Positions 49,675-63,457 are shown, numbered from the stretch's first letter. The stretch is 64,000 bases of DNA from Raja brachyura (GCA_963514005.1 OY740784.1:82398001-82462000); one strand, 5' to 3'. Numbers and translations: made by a program. The notes: generated from the sequence alone by a model not told the origin.

Positions 49675-52600
49675 TCCCAAGGGAAGGACCGGATGATGCT
49701 GATAGTGGGAATGAAAGTAGAAGTGGAAGTGAAGAAACACACATCTGCGAGAAATGCTGTGCAGAATTCTTCAAGTGGTCTGACTTCATGGAGCATCAGA
49801 AGAACTGCACGAAGAACCCGCTCGTCTTAATCGTCAACGACGAGGAGGCAGCGCGCTCAGAGGATTTGCCCGAGGCTTCCCCTGCCAGCAGCCCGAGCGA
49901 CCAAGTGGAGAGCGAAGCTGGTGAGGACAATGCTCCGTTAGAGGGGAATGACTGCTCTGAGGTAAAGAGTACCGAGCAAGAGGAGCCGATGGAGGTGGAA
50001 GCATCCACTGACAAAGGTTACCAGAATCAAGGAGCCACTGGCACTGCTACTTTGCTACCTCAGATCTCCGAATCATCTTCCATGACCAGTTATAACATGC
50101 CAAACACTAACGTGACTTTAGAGACTTTGCAGAGCACCAAGGTGGCAGTGGCACAGTTTTCACAGGACACTCGTTCTAACAGCCCCACTTCAATTCATAC
50201 AATACCCACCATGGCTATTCCTATGATTCTAGAGCAGTTAGTGGCTCTGCAGCAGCAGCAGCTGCACCAGCTTCAACTCATTGAACAAATCCGGAACCAG
50301 GTAGCGATGATGAATCCGCAGACAATGCTCCCTCTAAACCCTTCTGCATCCTCCCAGGTTACACCAGTATCTGCTGCTAGCCAGCATGCCTCCTTCAGTG
50401 ACCATTCTTCTAACCCCTTGACAGGTGTCATTTCAGCCTCGGGCACAGTGCAGGCGCCCAATGTCCACACTTCAGCTTTCGATGGCTCCCAGAAAATCGT
50501 TCAGCCCACCTCGGGAGCTAGTACTCCTGTTCTACCCAGTGGTGGATCACCGCGATTGGAGTCCACTTTGCCTCCATCCACAAGTGGAATTGCATCTTCC
50601 CTGACTCCAAGTTCCAGTGCAAACGCAGATAACTCTTCCTCCCAGTTGCAGTATTCAACGTCATCTCTTGCACACGGTAGTCTCCTCAGTCCATCTTCCA
50701 GCATGCCTAATCCACTGCTACCTCAGAATTCCTCAAGTGGTGTGATATTCCCAAACCCTTTGGTCAGCATTGCTGCCACAACCAATGCCCTGGACCCACT
50801 GGCTGCACTTATGAAGCATCGCAAAGGGAAACCACCCAATGTGTCTGTGTTCGACCCTAAAACAAGTTCAGAAGATCCATTTTTCAAGCATAAGTGTAGG
50901 TTTTGTGCTAAGGTCTTCGGGAGTGACAGTGCATTACAGATTCACCTTCGTTCTCACACTGGGGAGAGGCCATTCAAGTGTAATATTTGTGGAAACCGGT
51001 TTTCCACCAAAGGTAATCTAAAAGTACACTTCCAGAGGCATAAAGAAAAATACCCTCACATCCAGATGAATCCATATCCAGTACCCGAATACCTGGATAA
51101 TGTACCCACTAGCAGTGGTATTCCATACGGGATGTCCTTGCCACCTGAAAAGCCAGTGACAACCTGGCTGGACACCAAACCTGTGCTGTCAACCATACCA
51201 ACATCAGTTGGATTACAGTTGCCTCCAACTCTATCAAGTATTACAAGTGAGTCCCCAACAGTGACTCCTTTAAGCAGGTCACCCCAAAGACCATCACCTC
51301 CATCCAGCGAATGTGCTTCTTTGTCACCAAACATGAACAAGAATGATTCTAGCATTCCAATAACCGCAGAGTCTCCACAATCAGTTACTGGCAGTACTAT
51401 TGTTTCCATGGTCCAAGGTTCAAATGCATCAGCTTCAGGTTTCAAGGTGATAGAAGGCTGTGCATCCGCGCAGTCCATTTCCTCAGCTGCGTGCTCCACC
51501 ACCTTTTCTACATGTGGAGAGAGTGAAGTGAACAGCATTCCCACAACCCTTCCTAGTCCTCTGCTCCCCATTATATCTGATCAGTTCAAGGCAAAGTTTC
51601 CCTTTGGCGGTCTGCTGGATTCTATGCAAACATCTGAGACCTCAAAACTGCAACAGTTGGTGGAGAACATAGACAAAAAGATGACAGACCCCAACCAGTG
51701 TGTTATCTGTCACCGTGTACTCAGTTGTCAGAGTGCTCTGAAAATGCATTACCGCACACACACAGGCGAGAGGCCATTTAAGTGTAAGATCTGTGGACGC
51801 GCTTTTACCACCAAGGGGAACTTAAAGACACACTTCGGAGTTCACCGTGCAAAGCCACCCCTTCGAGTACAGCATTCTTGTCCCATTTGCCAGAAGAAAT
51901 TTACAAATGCTGTAGTCTTACAGCAGCATATCCGCATGCACATGGGGGGACAGATTCCCAACACTCCATTGCCAGAGGATTTCTCAGATAGCCTGGACAG
52001 AGACTTATCTTGTGACGAAATGAATGCAGAACTAATGAGCGACTATCCTGACGATGAAATGATGGATGAAAATTCAATGGACGAGGAGGCAGAATTAAAC
52101 ATTGCCACGATGGAGTCTTCAAAACAGTTGTTCTGCTACTCTGGTTCATCACCAAACTCACCGCCTTCAGTAATTTCCAACATTGCCGCACTGGAAAATC
52201 AGATGAAGATAATAGATTGTGCTTTGGGCACACAGCAGCGATCCAACGTGAAATCTGTTGAGAACGGATCCATGGAAAGCGATCGCTTAACAAATGACTC
52301 TTCCTCTGCTGTGGGTGATCTGGAAAGTCATAGTGCTGGTAGCCCTGCACTGTCTGAGTGCTCTTCTTCAATGCAGGCATTGTCACCCGTACCCAGCAAT
52401 GCTGGGAGTCAAACGTCAAAGTCACCAGGCTTTGGCAACCACGAAGAGCCACATGAAACACCGGTGAAACTAGAAAAAGTGGAATGTCCATCAACTCAAC
52501 GGGAGAATGGAGGTGCACTTGATCTGACAGCCACCAACCTGAGCCGGCCGATCATCAAAGAAGAGGCTTTTAGTATGCTGTTCCCCAACCAAGAATGTGG

Positions 52601-53156
52601 TAAGTTGAAAAGTACTGTTTGTAGTATCTGTGGGAAACCTTTTGCTTGTAAAAGTGCGTTGGAAATTCACTACCGCAGCCATACTAAAGAGCGTCCATTC
52701 CTTTGCACAATCTGCAATCGTGGTTGCTCCACTATGGGTAATTTAAAACAGCACTTACTGACTCACAAGATGAAAGAACTTCCTTCTCAGTTATTTGAAC
52801 CCAACTCCACTCTAGGTCCCACCCAAAGTACTCCTAGCCTGGTCACCAGCACTGCACCAACCGTGGTCAAAATGGAAGTCAATGGTCACAGCAAGCCGAT
52901 CTCCCTAGGTGATGGCACGCAGGTTCCAGTTGGTATACAGGCTCCATCTGCACCACAGACAGCTCTGAGTCCAGGTATGACACCCATTCTGGCACCACCA
53001 CCTCGTCGGACTCCCAAGCAGCATAACTGTCCGTCCTGTGGGAAGACCTTTTCTTCTGCAAGTGCTCTTCAGATCCATGAGCGCACTCACACTGGTGAAA
53101 AGCCTTTTGGCTGCACAATCTGTGGCAGAGCTTTTACAACAAAAGGGAATCTTAAG
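49675..53156 (+). CDS. SALL3: SALL3 large coding exon 2: C2HC finger, Q-rich multimerisation region, C2H2 clusters ZFC1 (double), ZFC2 (triple), ZFC3 (double) and most of ZFC4
   Basis: Within ORF 49599..53171. Acceptor TTTCATTTCCTTGTAG at 49674 (phase 1); donor AAG|GTAAGA at 53157 (phase 0). SAL boxes [25 protein letters not shown]; [28 protein letters not shown] and ZFC3 sequence resemble SALL3 more than SALL1/2/4. Confidence 0.96.
52600..52815 (+). other. SALL3: Candidate exitron (216 nt, in frame) within exon 2 encoding ZFC3
   Basis: G|GTAAGT at 52600 and CCAACTCCACTCTAG|GT at 52815; both phase 1; removal deletes 72 aa and regenerates a GGT codon. Confidence 0.75.
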
Positions 53157-53319
53157 GTAAGATCATTTTGATGTATAAATTAGTGATAAGAATGTATTGA
53201 CTGTTTTTCTTTTAACCATGAATCTGCAAATATAAATGTGATGAATGGTTGAAAATAGTGATCATGTTACAGCTATTGTTAGTCTTCATTTTGAGATTCT
53301 AGTCTTCATACAGTGTCAG

Positions 53320-53570
53320 TCACACACAGATACACTTAGACATAGACTTACCCACACAGACGCGCACACACACACACACACACAGACGACACAAACTTAC
53401 ACACAGGCAGACACAGACTCACACACAGACATACACACTCACACACAGACAGACAAACCCACTCACAGACAGACAGATACACTCACATACAGACACAGAC
53501 AGACATACTCACACACAGACATGCACACACCACATGACAGCCTTACACCAACACAGTAACATACACATAC
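53320..53570 (+). repeat. Degenerate (CA)n/(CAGA)n low-complexity tract
   Basis: Read directly; explains the HT-rich ORF 53245..53559. Confidence 0.95.
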
Positions 53571-56485
53571 TTAATTTTCAGAACTTAATAGGGCAAAGAT
53601 TCTGTCATTATCAAATAATATTTAAAAATAACAAATTAAATATGATAGATTGTTTTTTACTGAACATTACATTTCACATTGCAGAGGAATATTTAAATTA
53701 ATAAAAACAATATTTTTTAATATTAATTTTATTTCTGATTGAATTGCAAGTATTGTTGCTGAGTATTGTAATAAAGAGAACAGGTTTGACATTGAATACT
53801 GAAATGTCTTTCCTTTTTTACAGTTCATTTGTTTACTCCATATTTCTTATTATCTGCTTTTGTCAATCAATTTGTGACTAGAATTTATCTGAACTGCATT
53901 GTCTTATAGAAATATGGTACATTAAAATCAGCAAGTGGGGTGGTGGAGTTTCCCCTTAAAAAAATGTCTTTGTTTTCAATTTAATCATAAAAGTCTGCTA
54001 TTTATATAGCATCACGACTGAAAGAATATTTTCCTAAACTAAACTTTCCAAATTTGTACATTCTCCTTATAGAGCAGAGATATCCAAGAGAGGTTTACTA
54101 CATCATACAAAATTAGAAAACTTTAGTTCTGAAATTCCTGCCTTTCATTCTGGGCTCCATAATATACCAAATTCTATATGATAAATTGGGGATCTCAAGT
54201 TACATAAAATATTACATGCACCTCCATAGAGTCACATGAACTTTTAATTGACCAAGAACAAACATAAAAGACCGTTCTATTTCAAGTTTTTACTTCTGCT
54301 ATAATTATTAAATAGATAAACTCAGGAAGGCATTTAATAAGAATGAATACAAGATGACCTTCCAACAATACTTCAAATTGACTGCTTGTATGGTGTACAG
54401 TTACTGTCAAAATATTTCTAACCATTGACAGTCTTAATAGTGCCACAAAACAGTAATACTATCAACAAAAATCAAGAAAATGGCAGATGCTTGAAATCTG
54501 AAATAAAAACAGAATGTGGAAATGAGTTTGAGACGAATAATGCAAGCAGGCAAATAAAATAGTTGCGCTGATTTTCTCTTTAACAATAAAACAATTATGC
54601 TTGAGAATTATTTGCCAATAGGTTGAGCTCGAGCAGCATCAGCAGATTGTACTCCATCTCTGCAAATCAGTGCATTGAACCTATGAGAACTGAATTTTGA
54701 AGGCAGATTTCAATTGGCTAATGCTGCTCTCCTAGCTCCTTGAACTCAGCCAGGCAGTAACAAATGTTGAGCCATTATCTTTTTAAACTGATGTCTCCTC
54801 TAGTAAATTAGTAATAAATTGTGCATTGTAACTGAATGTTGATGTGCTGTACTCAAGTAACATACCTTTCCTTCTCAGATATAATAACCCAAATAATTTT
54901 AACCTGTGATGTCTCAGCTTTCCTCTTCTTGACCATTCTTTAGACTAATTGCATTTGGAGAGATTGTAGGTATAAACTGATTGGAGTTAATTCTTGAAAA
55001 TCCATCAATGCAATTAAAGCATTGCATTTATAGCTTGGAACAAATTAACATTTGTGGTTTATTCGCAAATGTTAAAGATTGCTTTTGAACCAGACAGCCA
55101 GGATATAATGTTAAAAGTGCATTATATTATTGCTCAACTTCCCACTCCAATTTAGGTCATTTGTAATAGGAGATTCAATGTTGGCCAATGACAGCTGAGG
55201 GCCTGTTTATTTTCTCTGCCCATCTCAGTTACAATTTCATAATGATAAGGTGCCAAGCAATAGAAATTCCTATTTAGCAGTTTGCGCTAATTGGGTAGAC
55301 ACTGCATTGGAATCATTGGAGCCAAATTTTGTAAATGGTGTACAACTGCAGATATTATTGTGTCACAAGTGACTAAGGACATCTTTCCACCTGCCCTCTG
55401 TTTTTATCCCAGTTGAAACCAAAGTGGCTGGAGAAAGAAGAAGGAGTGACAACTATGATTAATACTTTTCTTTGAATGTTCAGGGATAAAAAGATTGGAA
55501 TGGCAAGAATTACAATGCATAGGTTGGTTGTTAATGCCGTGCTGCTGTCATGTTTATTAGAAGGGCAAATTAATCTTGAGAAGCCGAGGGAAACAGCATC
55601 AGATCCTGATTTCTTGTTAGCATACTGTTACACTGTTTAAACACAACCTTCGCATAAGTGTAAAATCTCTTTTTATTATCACTGTTAATATTTGCAAACA
55701 AATTAACATTGTGGAATTTCTCTTGCCAGAATGAAAGTTACAGTTAATCACAGCAATTTGTTTTGTGAATTAAATTTTCTCATTACTTATGTCCAAAATC
55801 ATTAGATATCATTGTAACTTCCACAGAATCATGCAGACAGAATATGATCAAAATTAGAAAAAGATTTGAATTCCTTAATTAGTTCTTCCTTGAAGAGATT
55901 CGTAATTATAACTTCATCATACTAAAGATGGATGGAAAATAATTGTATTGAAGCATTTTTCTTTACAATTTCTGGATATCCTTGGTGGCTTTTATTTTTA
56001 TTTGTATTGATGTGAATATAAAGGGGCAACGACTATGCAAGAACATGTTCACTCATACTTGGAGTTCACAGCTTATATCTCTTTGGACATGAAAGTATTG
56101 ATAGCATAGGTATAGCTGACAAGGAGATCAACAGTATCATATAAATGGAGGATTAACAATAAGATTCCATAACTAACACATCTTTTTATACCCTGCACTG
56201 CAAGCACTCCCATTCTTGTCCTTCTTCAGGAACCCATATTGGATAGTGTAGATGTCCATGGATGTTCAAGTGACTGGCGACTCTCTTGACAGTACTGATC
56301 CCATAGTTAGAGAGAATGATGAAACCTTCAGATGCTTAACATCTGAAATACAAACAGAAACTCAGTAGATCGGGCAACAAGACTTACTCAATTTGATGAA
56401 GGACATTCGACTTAAACATTAATTGTATCTCTTTCCACAGACGATTTCTGACCTGCTGAGTTTTCCCGTATTTTATAATCCTATA

Positions 56486-56784
56486 CAGGTCATCGCTGGG
56501 TTATGAACATCGGACTTGCAGACGCCCCTGCATAAAAACAAAGTCCCATAATATTATTAAATTTAAAAGTCCAATATCTTACAAATGGCAGAAACTAGAT
56601 TCCTCTCCCTCTCCACTTTCAATAATTGTTCCTTCTTATTAATCCAATCTGCTTTTGATGCTATTCATTACAATCCTATGGAGATATGGTTACTGTATCA
56701 AATTTCTGTTGTTGTATTTTACGATTTATGAACAAAAATGACAGGGATATTGGTAAAAACCTATTCATTACCTGTGTTGGCCTG
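56486..56784 (-). mobile_element. Tc1/mariner-type MITE, second copy, inverted relative to 42147-42455
   Basis: TA|CAGGTCATC ... TTGGCCTG|TA; TACAAATGG..GATTCCTCTCCCTCTCCACTTT and GATATGGTTAC mirror segments of the first copy. Confidence 0.6.
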
Positions 56785-58114
56785 TAATTAATTAGATGGC
56801 TGGCACTGAGTCTTCAGGTATGACGATGTAAGATGGTAATGTAACTTATTTGTTATTTTGCTTTATTTACACTCATGATTGATATTATCAGTAGGAGGAG
56901 GGATGCACATGGTTCATCTCTGTCAGTTATTTCAGGTCAATGGGACAAAATGGGAGTTAAGGGAACAACCAACTGATGCTCCCATAAACATCACAGACAA
57001 CCAAGTACATATTATACCCCAGATATTCTGCAGATAACCATGTGCACAATCTAAGCTCCCCCCACTGTTAATGTTAATCAGAGGTAAAAATAACAAATTG
57101 TAATAGGTTATGTCAACATTTTTTCATTTACAAATCGTGAGATGTAATATCACCAGTTCATGTAATTATAGCATTAATACAATGAAGAACCCATCACTTG
57201 ACATCTACGTCTACCCCATCCGATAAGGGTTAATAAATAGGGATAAAAAATGGGATCTCTCATTTCACTTTAGTCTATCAACCTAGGTTATTCCCTCACA
57301 CTCTCAGCGACAGTAACATCTTTTTGAAGGAAGCACCCTCTTCACCAATAGAATTTCCTCCTTCAACATGATTCCCTTCTTCATACCACATCACACTGCA
57401 GTCCAAAGTATTTGTTGTCGATGTGCAGTGTTCCTTTGAAATGACAGCGATTAGCTTCATAGTTTCTGTTGTTGCTATTTAATTTCCCAGACATTGGTGG
57501 CAGAAAATATTATCTGAGAGCTTAAATTATAATTGTTGCTTCTCACTTCACAGTTAATGCACACTGTGAATGCACACTTAAAACTTTGACCGGCCACACC
57601 TGCAAAGGTTAAAACAATTGCACAAACCAGTTCAATAGAATGATATTAAATTTGTTCATTTATATATATCTACATGTGTGATTACCTTGTTAAAACCCGA
57701 TTGTTATATTTTTAGACATTCGGTTCTAGTTGGTAATGCTTAACGTGCTATAAAGTAGTGATATCCATGCTGAGAGTTTGAAATTCAGTTCCACTTATTT
57801 CAATGGGACTGAATTTTAAAAGTTGAGTCTAGCGCAACACAGTTACTATGTAATGCATTCAAGATTACCAATGAATTTCTGAACAACAGATACATTTCTG
57901 TCTTTCAGTATTCTGTCAAAGCTTGACATGTCAATTTTCCTCGATTCTAATTTTCTACATATTGATGGTTTTAAACCGAGGACTTGTTCTAGTTCAAATA
58001 AAAGTTACCAGGGCAGATTAATTACATCTCACTGGCGTTTGTGGGAACTTGTGTGGCACAAAACATCTCCTTCATCTTCCTCATTTACCCAACAACAGTC
58101 AAAATAATCAATGA

Positions 58115-58800
58115 ACATTGAACACAGATCACAAGAGGAATAGGCACTTTGGCCCACAATGACCATCCCAAACATGATGCCAAGTTAAGCTAAACTAAAC
58201 TGCAGGTGACTCATATCCCTCCATTCCCTGCATATCAATGTGCCCATTTAAAAGCCCCTTAAATGACACTATTGTATCTGCCTGCATCACCCGCAACGCC
58301 CGAGCAGGTGTTCCAGGCACCCACCACTCTCTGTGTAATAAAGCCCCGCACATCTCTTTTAAACTTTGCCCCTTTCATCTTAAAGCTATGCCGTGCTTTT
58401 GACTTGTGTATAGGCACGTGGAAATGCAGGGAGTAGAGGTATATGGATCATGTGCATGCAGAAGAAATCAGTTCGGTTAGGCATCACATTTGGCACAAAT
58501 ATTATAGGCAGAAGGGCCCATTTCTGTGCTGTACTGCTCTGTGTTCTATGTTCTGTTTCCATCCTGAGAAAAGGGTTCTGAGTATCCATCCAATATATGC
58601 CTCTCATAATTTATATTATCCTATTGGATCTCCCTTCAGTTTCCAACACTCCAGAGAAAACAGTCCATGTTTGTCCAATTTCTCCTTTTTGCTGATCTAG
58701 GCAGCATTCTGTTAAATCTCTTCTGCACCTTCTCCAAAGCCTCCATATCCTTCCTGTAATGGGGTAACCAGAACTGCACACAACAATCCAAATGAGCAGA
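58115..58800 (-). mobile_element. CR1/HER1 LINE fragment with a nested opposite-strand 3' end (~58410-58555)
   Basis: CATATCCCTCCATTCCCTGC..CTCTTCTGCACCTTCTCC..CCAGAACTGCACACAA; insert ends CTGTGTTCTATGTTCT. Confidence 0.8.
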
Positions 58801-60039
58801 AACATAATTGGCAGAGGTTTTCTCAGCATGCCTGTCATAATAGCTTTACCAGAAGTTTTTTTACATATTCAATTTGCATGGGAAACCTGGTTTCCTCCAA
58901 AGTTATGAGATTCTAAGCTTCAGCATTCCAAAACATCTGTGCTGATTAGAATAAGACATGGTAAGAATGCATTATTTTCTAAATGTAAATGATGACAAAT
59001 ATACTTTCAGAATGTTTTCTCTCCAAAGCTTCTGGATTCAGACCTGCTAATTTGCTGAGTGGGATATGTAATTTTCCTCATCTCCATTTTCAATGTCATT
59101 CCATGCTTAACCTTACAACTAAAAGACATTGCCACTCTGCCATCGCTCTTGGTAACCCAATCAAAACCAGCGAACCTCCTTTGAAAGAAAATCAGCGTCC
59201 AAAGACATCCATTGAAAGTCCCAAGTGTCCTGTATTCAGTAGAAATTAGTTTTCAATAAACTGAAAAGAACGTGATTGTCTAAGTCCACATTCGGACCAG
59301 CAAGAATTCTGTAGCTAACACTATGAATGATGAATTATGCTGAGCAAAATCAATACAGCGATTTGATAACATTAATGTATTTTAAAACATTTCAGTACAG
59401 AGGAGCAATAATTGATTTTATAAATGAGAAATCATGCCTTAAAAAATTATTCCAAATATAGAGACCCAACTCAGTGATTCAAACCTGTTAAAAATAAATT
59501 AGTTTTCTCAGACCATTTTTTTCTCTGTTAATCTATCTTTTGAATTTATTCAAATGATGTGGCAGTATCTACCGACAGCATACTTCAAATGACATACATC
59601 TCTAAACCTGCAAAAACATCTAGACTGCAAAGTAAAACTAAGCAGTGCATTCAAAATGCAGCTCTCTTTGGTCATATGGCAATTGTATTCTGAGTGCGCT
59701 TTAACCATGTGTTTACCAATAAGCAGACTTTGTGGCCCGAAGATCACAAACTGCTTAAGCACAACTCAAACTCAGAAGCAAGAATAATTTAACCATGTGT
59801 AAAGTGATCTCAACGTGTCATGAGAAAAGTACCGGTAAAGCCACAGAATCTAGTTTGAGAAGATGCTGGATGGAAAAACACAAAAATAGGTCACCACATG
59901 GTATGTGCTGAATTCCCGCATTAACATGCATTTATATGGTGGCTTTTAACATTAAGGTGTTTCACGGGAATATTTCACTTTGGAAATGTAAATCAAGGCT
60001 GTTCGATGTTCTATAACATGCATCAAAACAGCTCTATAA

Positions 60040-60985
60040 TATTCATAGCACATGGAACAGTAGACCACGGGAACATCTGTGCTGAACATGCTGAACATGA
60101 TGCCAAGTTAAACTAATCTTCTGTGCCTGCCTTGATCTACAACCCTCCATTCCCTGTATATCCATATGCCTATCTAAAAGCCTCTTGAACACCACTATCA
60201 TTATTGGCTTCCACCACCATACCTGGAAATGCAATCCAGACACCCACCACTCTGTGTGTGTGTGTGTGTAAAAAAAAAGCCTCATGTGTCTCCTTTAAAC
60301 TATTCCCCTCTGACCTAAGAAAAAGGTTCTGTCTACCGTATCTATGCCTCATAATTTTATATATTCCATCAGATCTCCCCTCAACTGCTGATGCTCCAGA
60401 GAATACAACCAAAGTTTATCTAATCTCTCCCTATAGCTAATTTGCTCTAATCCAGGCAGCATTCCAGTAAACCTCTTCTGCACCCTCTCCAAAGCCTCCT
60501 CATCCATCCCGCAGTAGGCTGACCAGAATCCACACTAAACTCTACATGCAGTGTAACCAAACTTTTATAAAGCTGCAACATGACTTTCTGACTCTTGTAC
60601 TCAATGCCCCGACTGATCAAGGCAAGCATGCCATATGCTTTTTTTTACCACTTTACACATTTGTGTCGCATTTTCAAGGAACTATGAATTTGGACCCCAA
60701 GATCCCTCCATACATCAATGCTGTTAAATGTCTTGCTGTTAACTGTATATTTCTTCTATATTTGATCTCACAAAGTGTAACACTTCACATTTATTTGGAT
60801 GAAACTCAACCTACCATTTCTCCCCCCATTTCCGTCACACATAGCTGATCACATAGCTGTCACGTAGTTGATCATAGTTGATCCCCGCTGAATCATTTGA
60901 CATCCTTCCTCACTGTCCTCAACTCCATCAATTTTGGTATCATCTGCATACTAGTCAACCCATCCACATTTACTTCCAAGTCAAT
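60040..60985 (-). mobile_element. CR1 LINE fragment (RT region to 3' end)
   Basis: Minus ORF MLALISRGIEYKSQKVMLQLYKSLV; GTATCATCTGCA at ~60937 corresponds to the (Y/F)ADD motif. Confidence 0.85.
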
Positions 60986-63025
60986 TATATTCACAATAAT
61001 AATAAACCTGCTGTGATAATACTCCTTTCCTCGTATTGGATGGTCCTAATTATCTCCATTGGTGACACTTAGCTCTACATCCATCCCTGTGTTTGGCCAC
61101 ACCATTGAAATGTGCTCTAATAACATTGAATAAAATCTTAGAACTAAAATAATTGTTTTTAATCTCACCAGCCTCACTTCCCTAACTATTGACTGACGTA
61201 TTTTCCTCTTTGGAAAACCAATGAGCCACAAAAGGAGATAGACAATGGTGACCAAAAATTACTTGATAAAACAGTTTTGCAGGAGGATAGTGAACTCGCG
61301 AGGTTTCAGGTGTGGCAGTTGGAATGCTGGGAATTAGAGCAATTATAGCCTTCATTGTCTTTATCTCTATCACATAATTCCCCAAACATATTTTACTCAG
61401 AGAGTGATCCTAATCTAGAATTCACTGCTTTTGAAGGTGGTGGAATCAATTTGTATATACAACTGGATAGGCAGCAGAGGAAATCATTTGCTAGTTTTGA
61501 GGAAAGAAGGGGAAATTGATTTGATTGCTCTATTCACAGATGCTATGAACTCAATGAGCTCAACTGTCTCCTCAGTGCCATAGTAAATCTGTGATTCAGT
61601 AAAAATTAGTCTTGCAGAGCTGGGCCGAATGGAGCTTCTCAGTTCAAGTCCACATTTTGTAGCCAATGATAAAACATGGCAGGCAAGCATGCAAAACTGA
61701 TAGAGTGCAATGGTCTCAAAGGCTGGTAGAGCAGAGGATGTTTTGGAAGCAGAGAGCGGAAAAGCCATAGAAGGGATTGAAAACAGTAATGATTTATTGG
61801 TGTATAGAATTAAACATAGTCTACTGCTCATAGTTTAGTGTTTTTGTCCACTCGATACAAATTGTGGCACTGACATTATTTAACGTTACCTTCCTGATTG
61901 TTCCCATTGTGTCCAGCAGTGAGTTTTCATTCAACCCCCACACTCCGGTCTCCTGAATCCTACAAGCATCTATTGTTAATCGTCCTCTTCCTCCTCAACA
62001 CATGCCAGAATAGATTTATAATTTACAGTACAGGAATAAAACTAGCTTGGCATTTGGCCATTGCTATGAGAGCTAACTTTCGCTTTTTTTTAAAAAGAAA
62101 ATTTGTTTTTCCCCTCTATTGCGAAACATGAACTGAGCAGTTTATGAAAGAGGCAGCCAAGTGGCTGCACAAGATTTATATTCAAGTGGCAAGTTGTAAA
62201 TCTGAAATAATACCCCCTTTCCTGGTGTGAGATTATGTTCTGTTCACCTATATTGATGACACTTGGCTTTACATCCATCAAGGCATTGAAGGAGCCATAA
62301 TTAACAGTGTGGGGACTCAAATCATTATTTTAAATCTCATCAACCCCTCTGGCCAAACCTTTTGTTGATTTTCCTAGTTCTCATTTTTCCCTTTTCTCTG
62401 TGTTAATATTGTTTGATTAGCCTCCACAAATCACTTTGGAATTTTTGAATTCATGTGAATGCAATTTATTTTCGAACAAGTCAGCAATTGACATGAAGTA
62501 GCACAAATAAAAAGATGAAAACATTACTTGAAAAAAAATTGCCACATCTTAAATTATAAACTTTCAGCTCAGTGGAGTGAACTGTAATTGTGTTTCACAT
62601 GTTCAACTTGATGCATTTGTAATGGCCATGACCAGCATAAATAATGTGAGGCATTGCAACCAAAGCCAAAGTTAATGAAAGCTTGAAACCTGAAATGAAC
62701 AGACAAGCTGCTGAAAATGTTGAACAGGTTGATTTGTCGCTGGCAAAGAATGCTTAATTACTGTTTTGATAAAGGTCACATCCAAATTATAAGCCGCTCC
62801 CCTTTCGGATACTCATCAACCCTGCTCCACATTTCCTGCATCCTGTGGTTGTATTTCAGAGTTGTATTTGCTGTCCATCACTATTATCAGCTTCTCCAGT
62901 TCAGAAGGAATCTGTACAGACGGTCATAATGGGGTGATTGCATATCAAAAGTGTGTCCTGTTTGAAAACTGTATTCTATTTAATAGTACATTTTCTTTTT
63001 GTTACTATTTTATGTTTCTCGTTAG

Positions 63026-63457
63026 GTTCACATGGGAACCCATATGTGGAATAACTCTCCAGCAAGACGAGGACGTCGTTTGTCAGTAGAGAACCCAATG
63101 GCTTTACTAGGCGGTGATGCTGTGAAGTTCTCAGAGATGTTTCAAAAGGACTTGGCAGCTCGGGCAATGAATGTTGACGCAACATTCTGGAACCAATACG
63201 CTGCGGCCATCACGAATGGCCTAGCCATGAAAAATAACGAGATTTCTGTTATACAGAATGGAGGCATCCCTCAGCTCCCTGTTAGCCTAGGAGCCAGCAG
63301 TATCCCAGCTTTAACTAGTCTGGCCAGCGGAATGGACAGGGTTCGTACAGGGAGCAGTCCACCTGTTGCTAGTCTGGAGAAACAAAGCACAGAAGGAGGT
63401 GCAAGTCGCCCATTCGCTAGATTTATCGAAGATGGCAAAGAAATTGGCATTAACTAA
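63026..63457 (+). CDS. SALL3: SALL3 terminal coding exon 3 ([20 protein letters not shown]...KEIGIN*)
   Basis: Acceptor TTTCTCGTTAG at 63025, phase 0, completes the last finger (GNLK|VHMGTH); conserved [27 protein letters not shown]; TAA at 63455-63457. Confidence 0.96.
   Translation, partial: VHMGTHMWNNSPARRGRRLSVENPMALLGGDAVKFSEMFQKDLAARAMNVDATFWNQYAAAITNGLAMKNNEISVIQNGGIPQLPVSLGASSIPALTSLASGMDRVRTGSSPPVASLEKQSTEGGASRPFARFIEDGKEIGIN

Larger units (their letters stand above)
53157..63025 (+). other. SALL3: SALL3 intron 2 (9,869 nt, GT-AG, phase 0), splitting the last zinc finger
   Basis: GTAAGA donor and TAG acceptor; intron position typical of vertebrate SALL genes. Confidence 0.92.

Noticed and set aside
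51056-52518. Antisense ORFs of 171 and 205 aa
   Set aside because: Shadows of the SALL3 coding strand with no recognisable domains.
53245-53559. His/Thr-rich ORF
   Set aside because: Translation of a CA/CAGA microsatellite.
11281-63457. Assignment as SALL1 or SALL4
   Set aside because: N-terminal ([22 protein letters not shown]), ZFC3 and C-terminal KEIGIN sequences fit SALL3 best; synteny or phylogeny would confirm.
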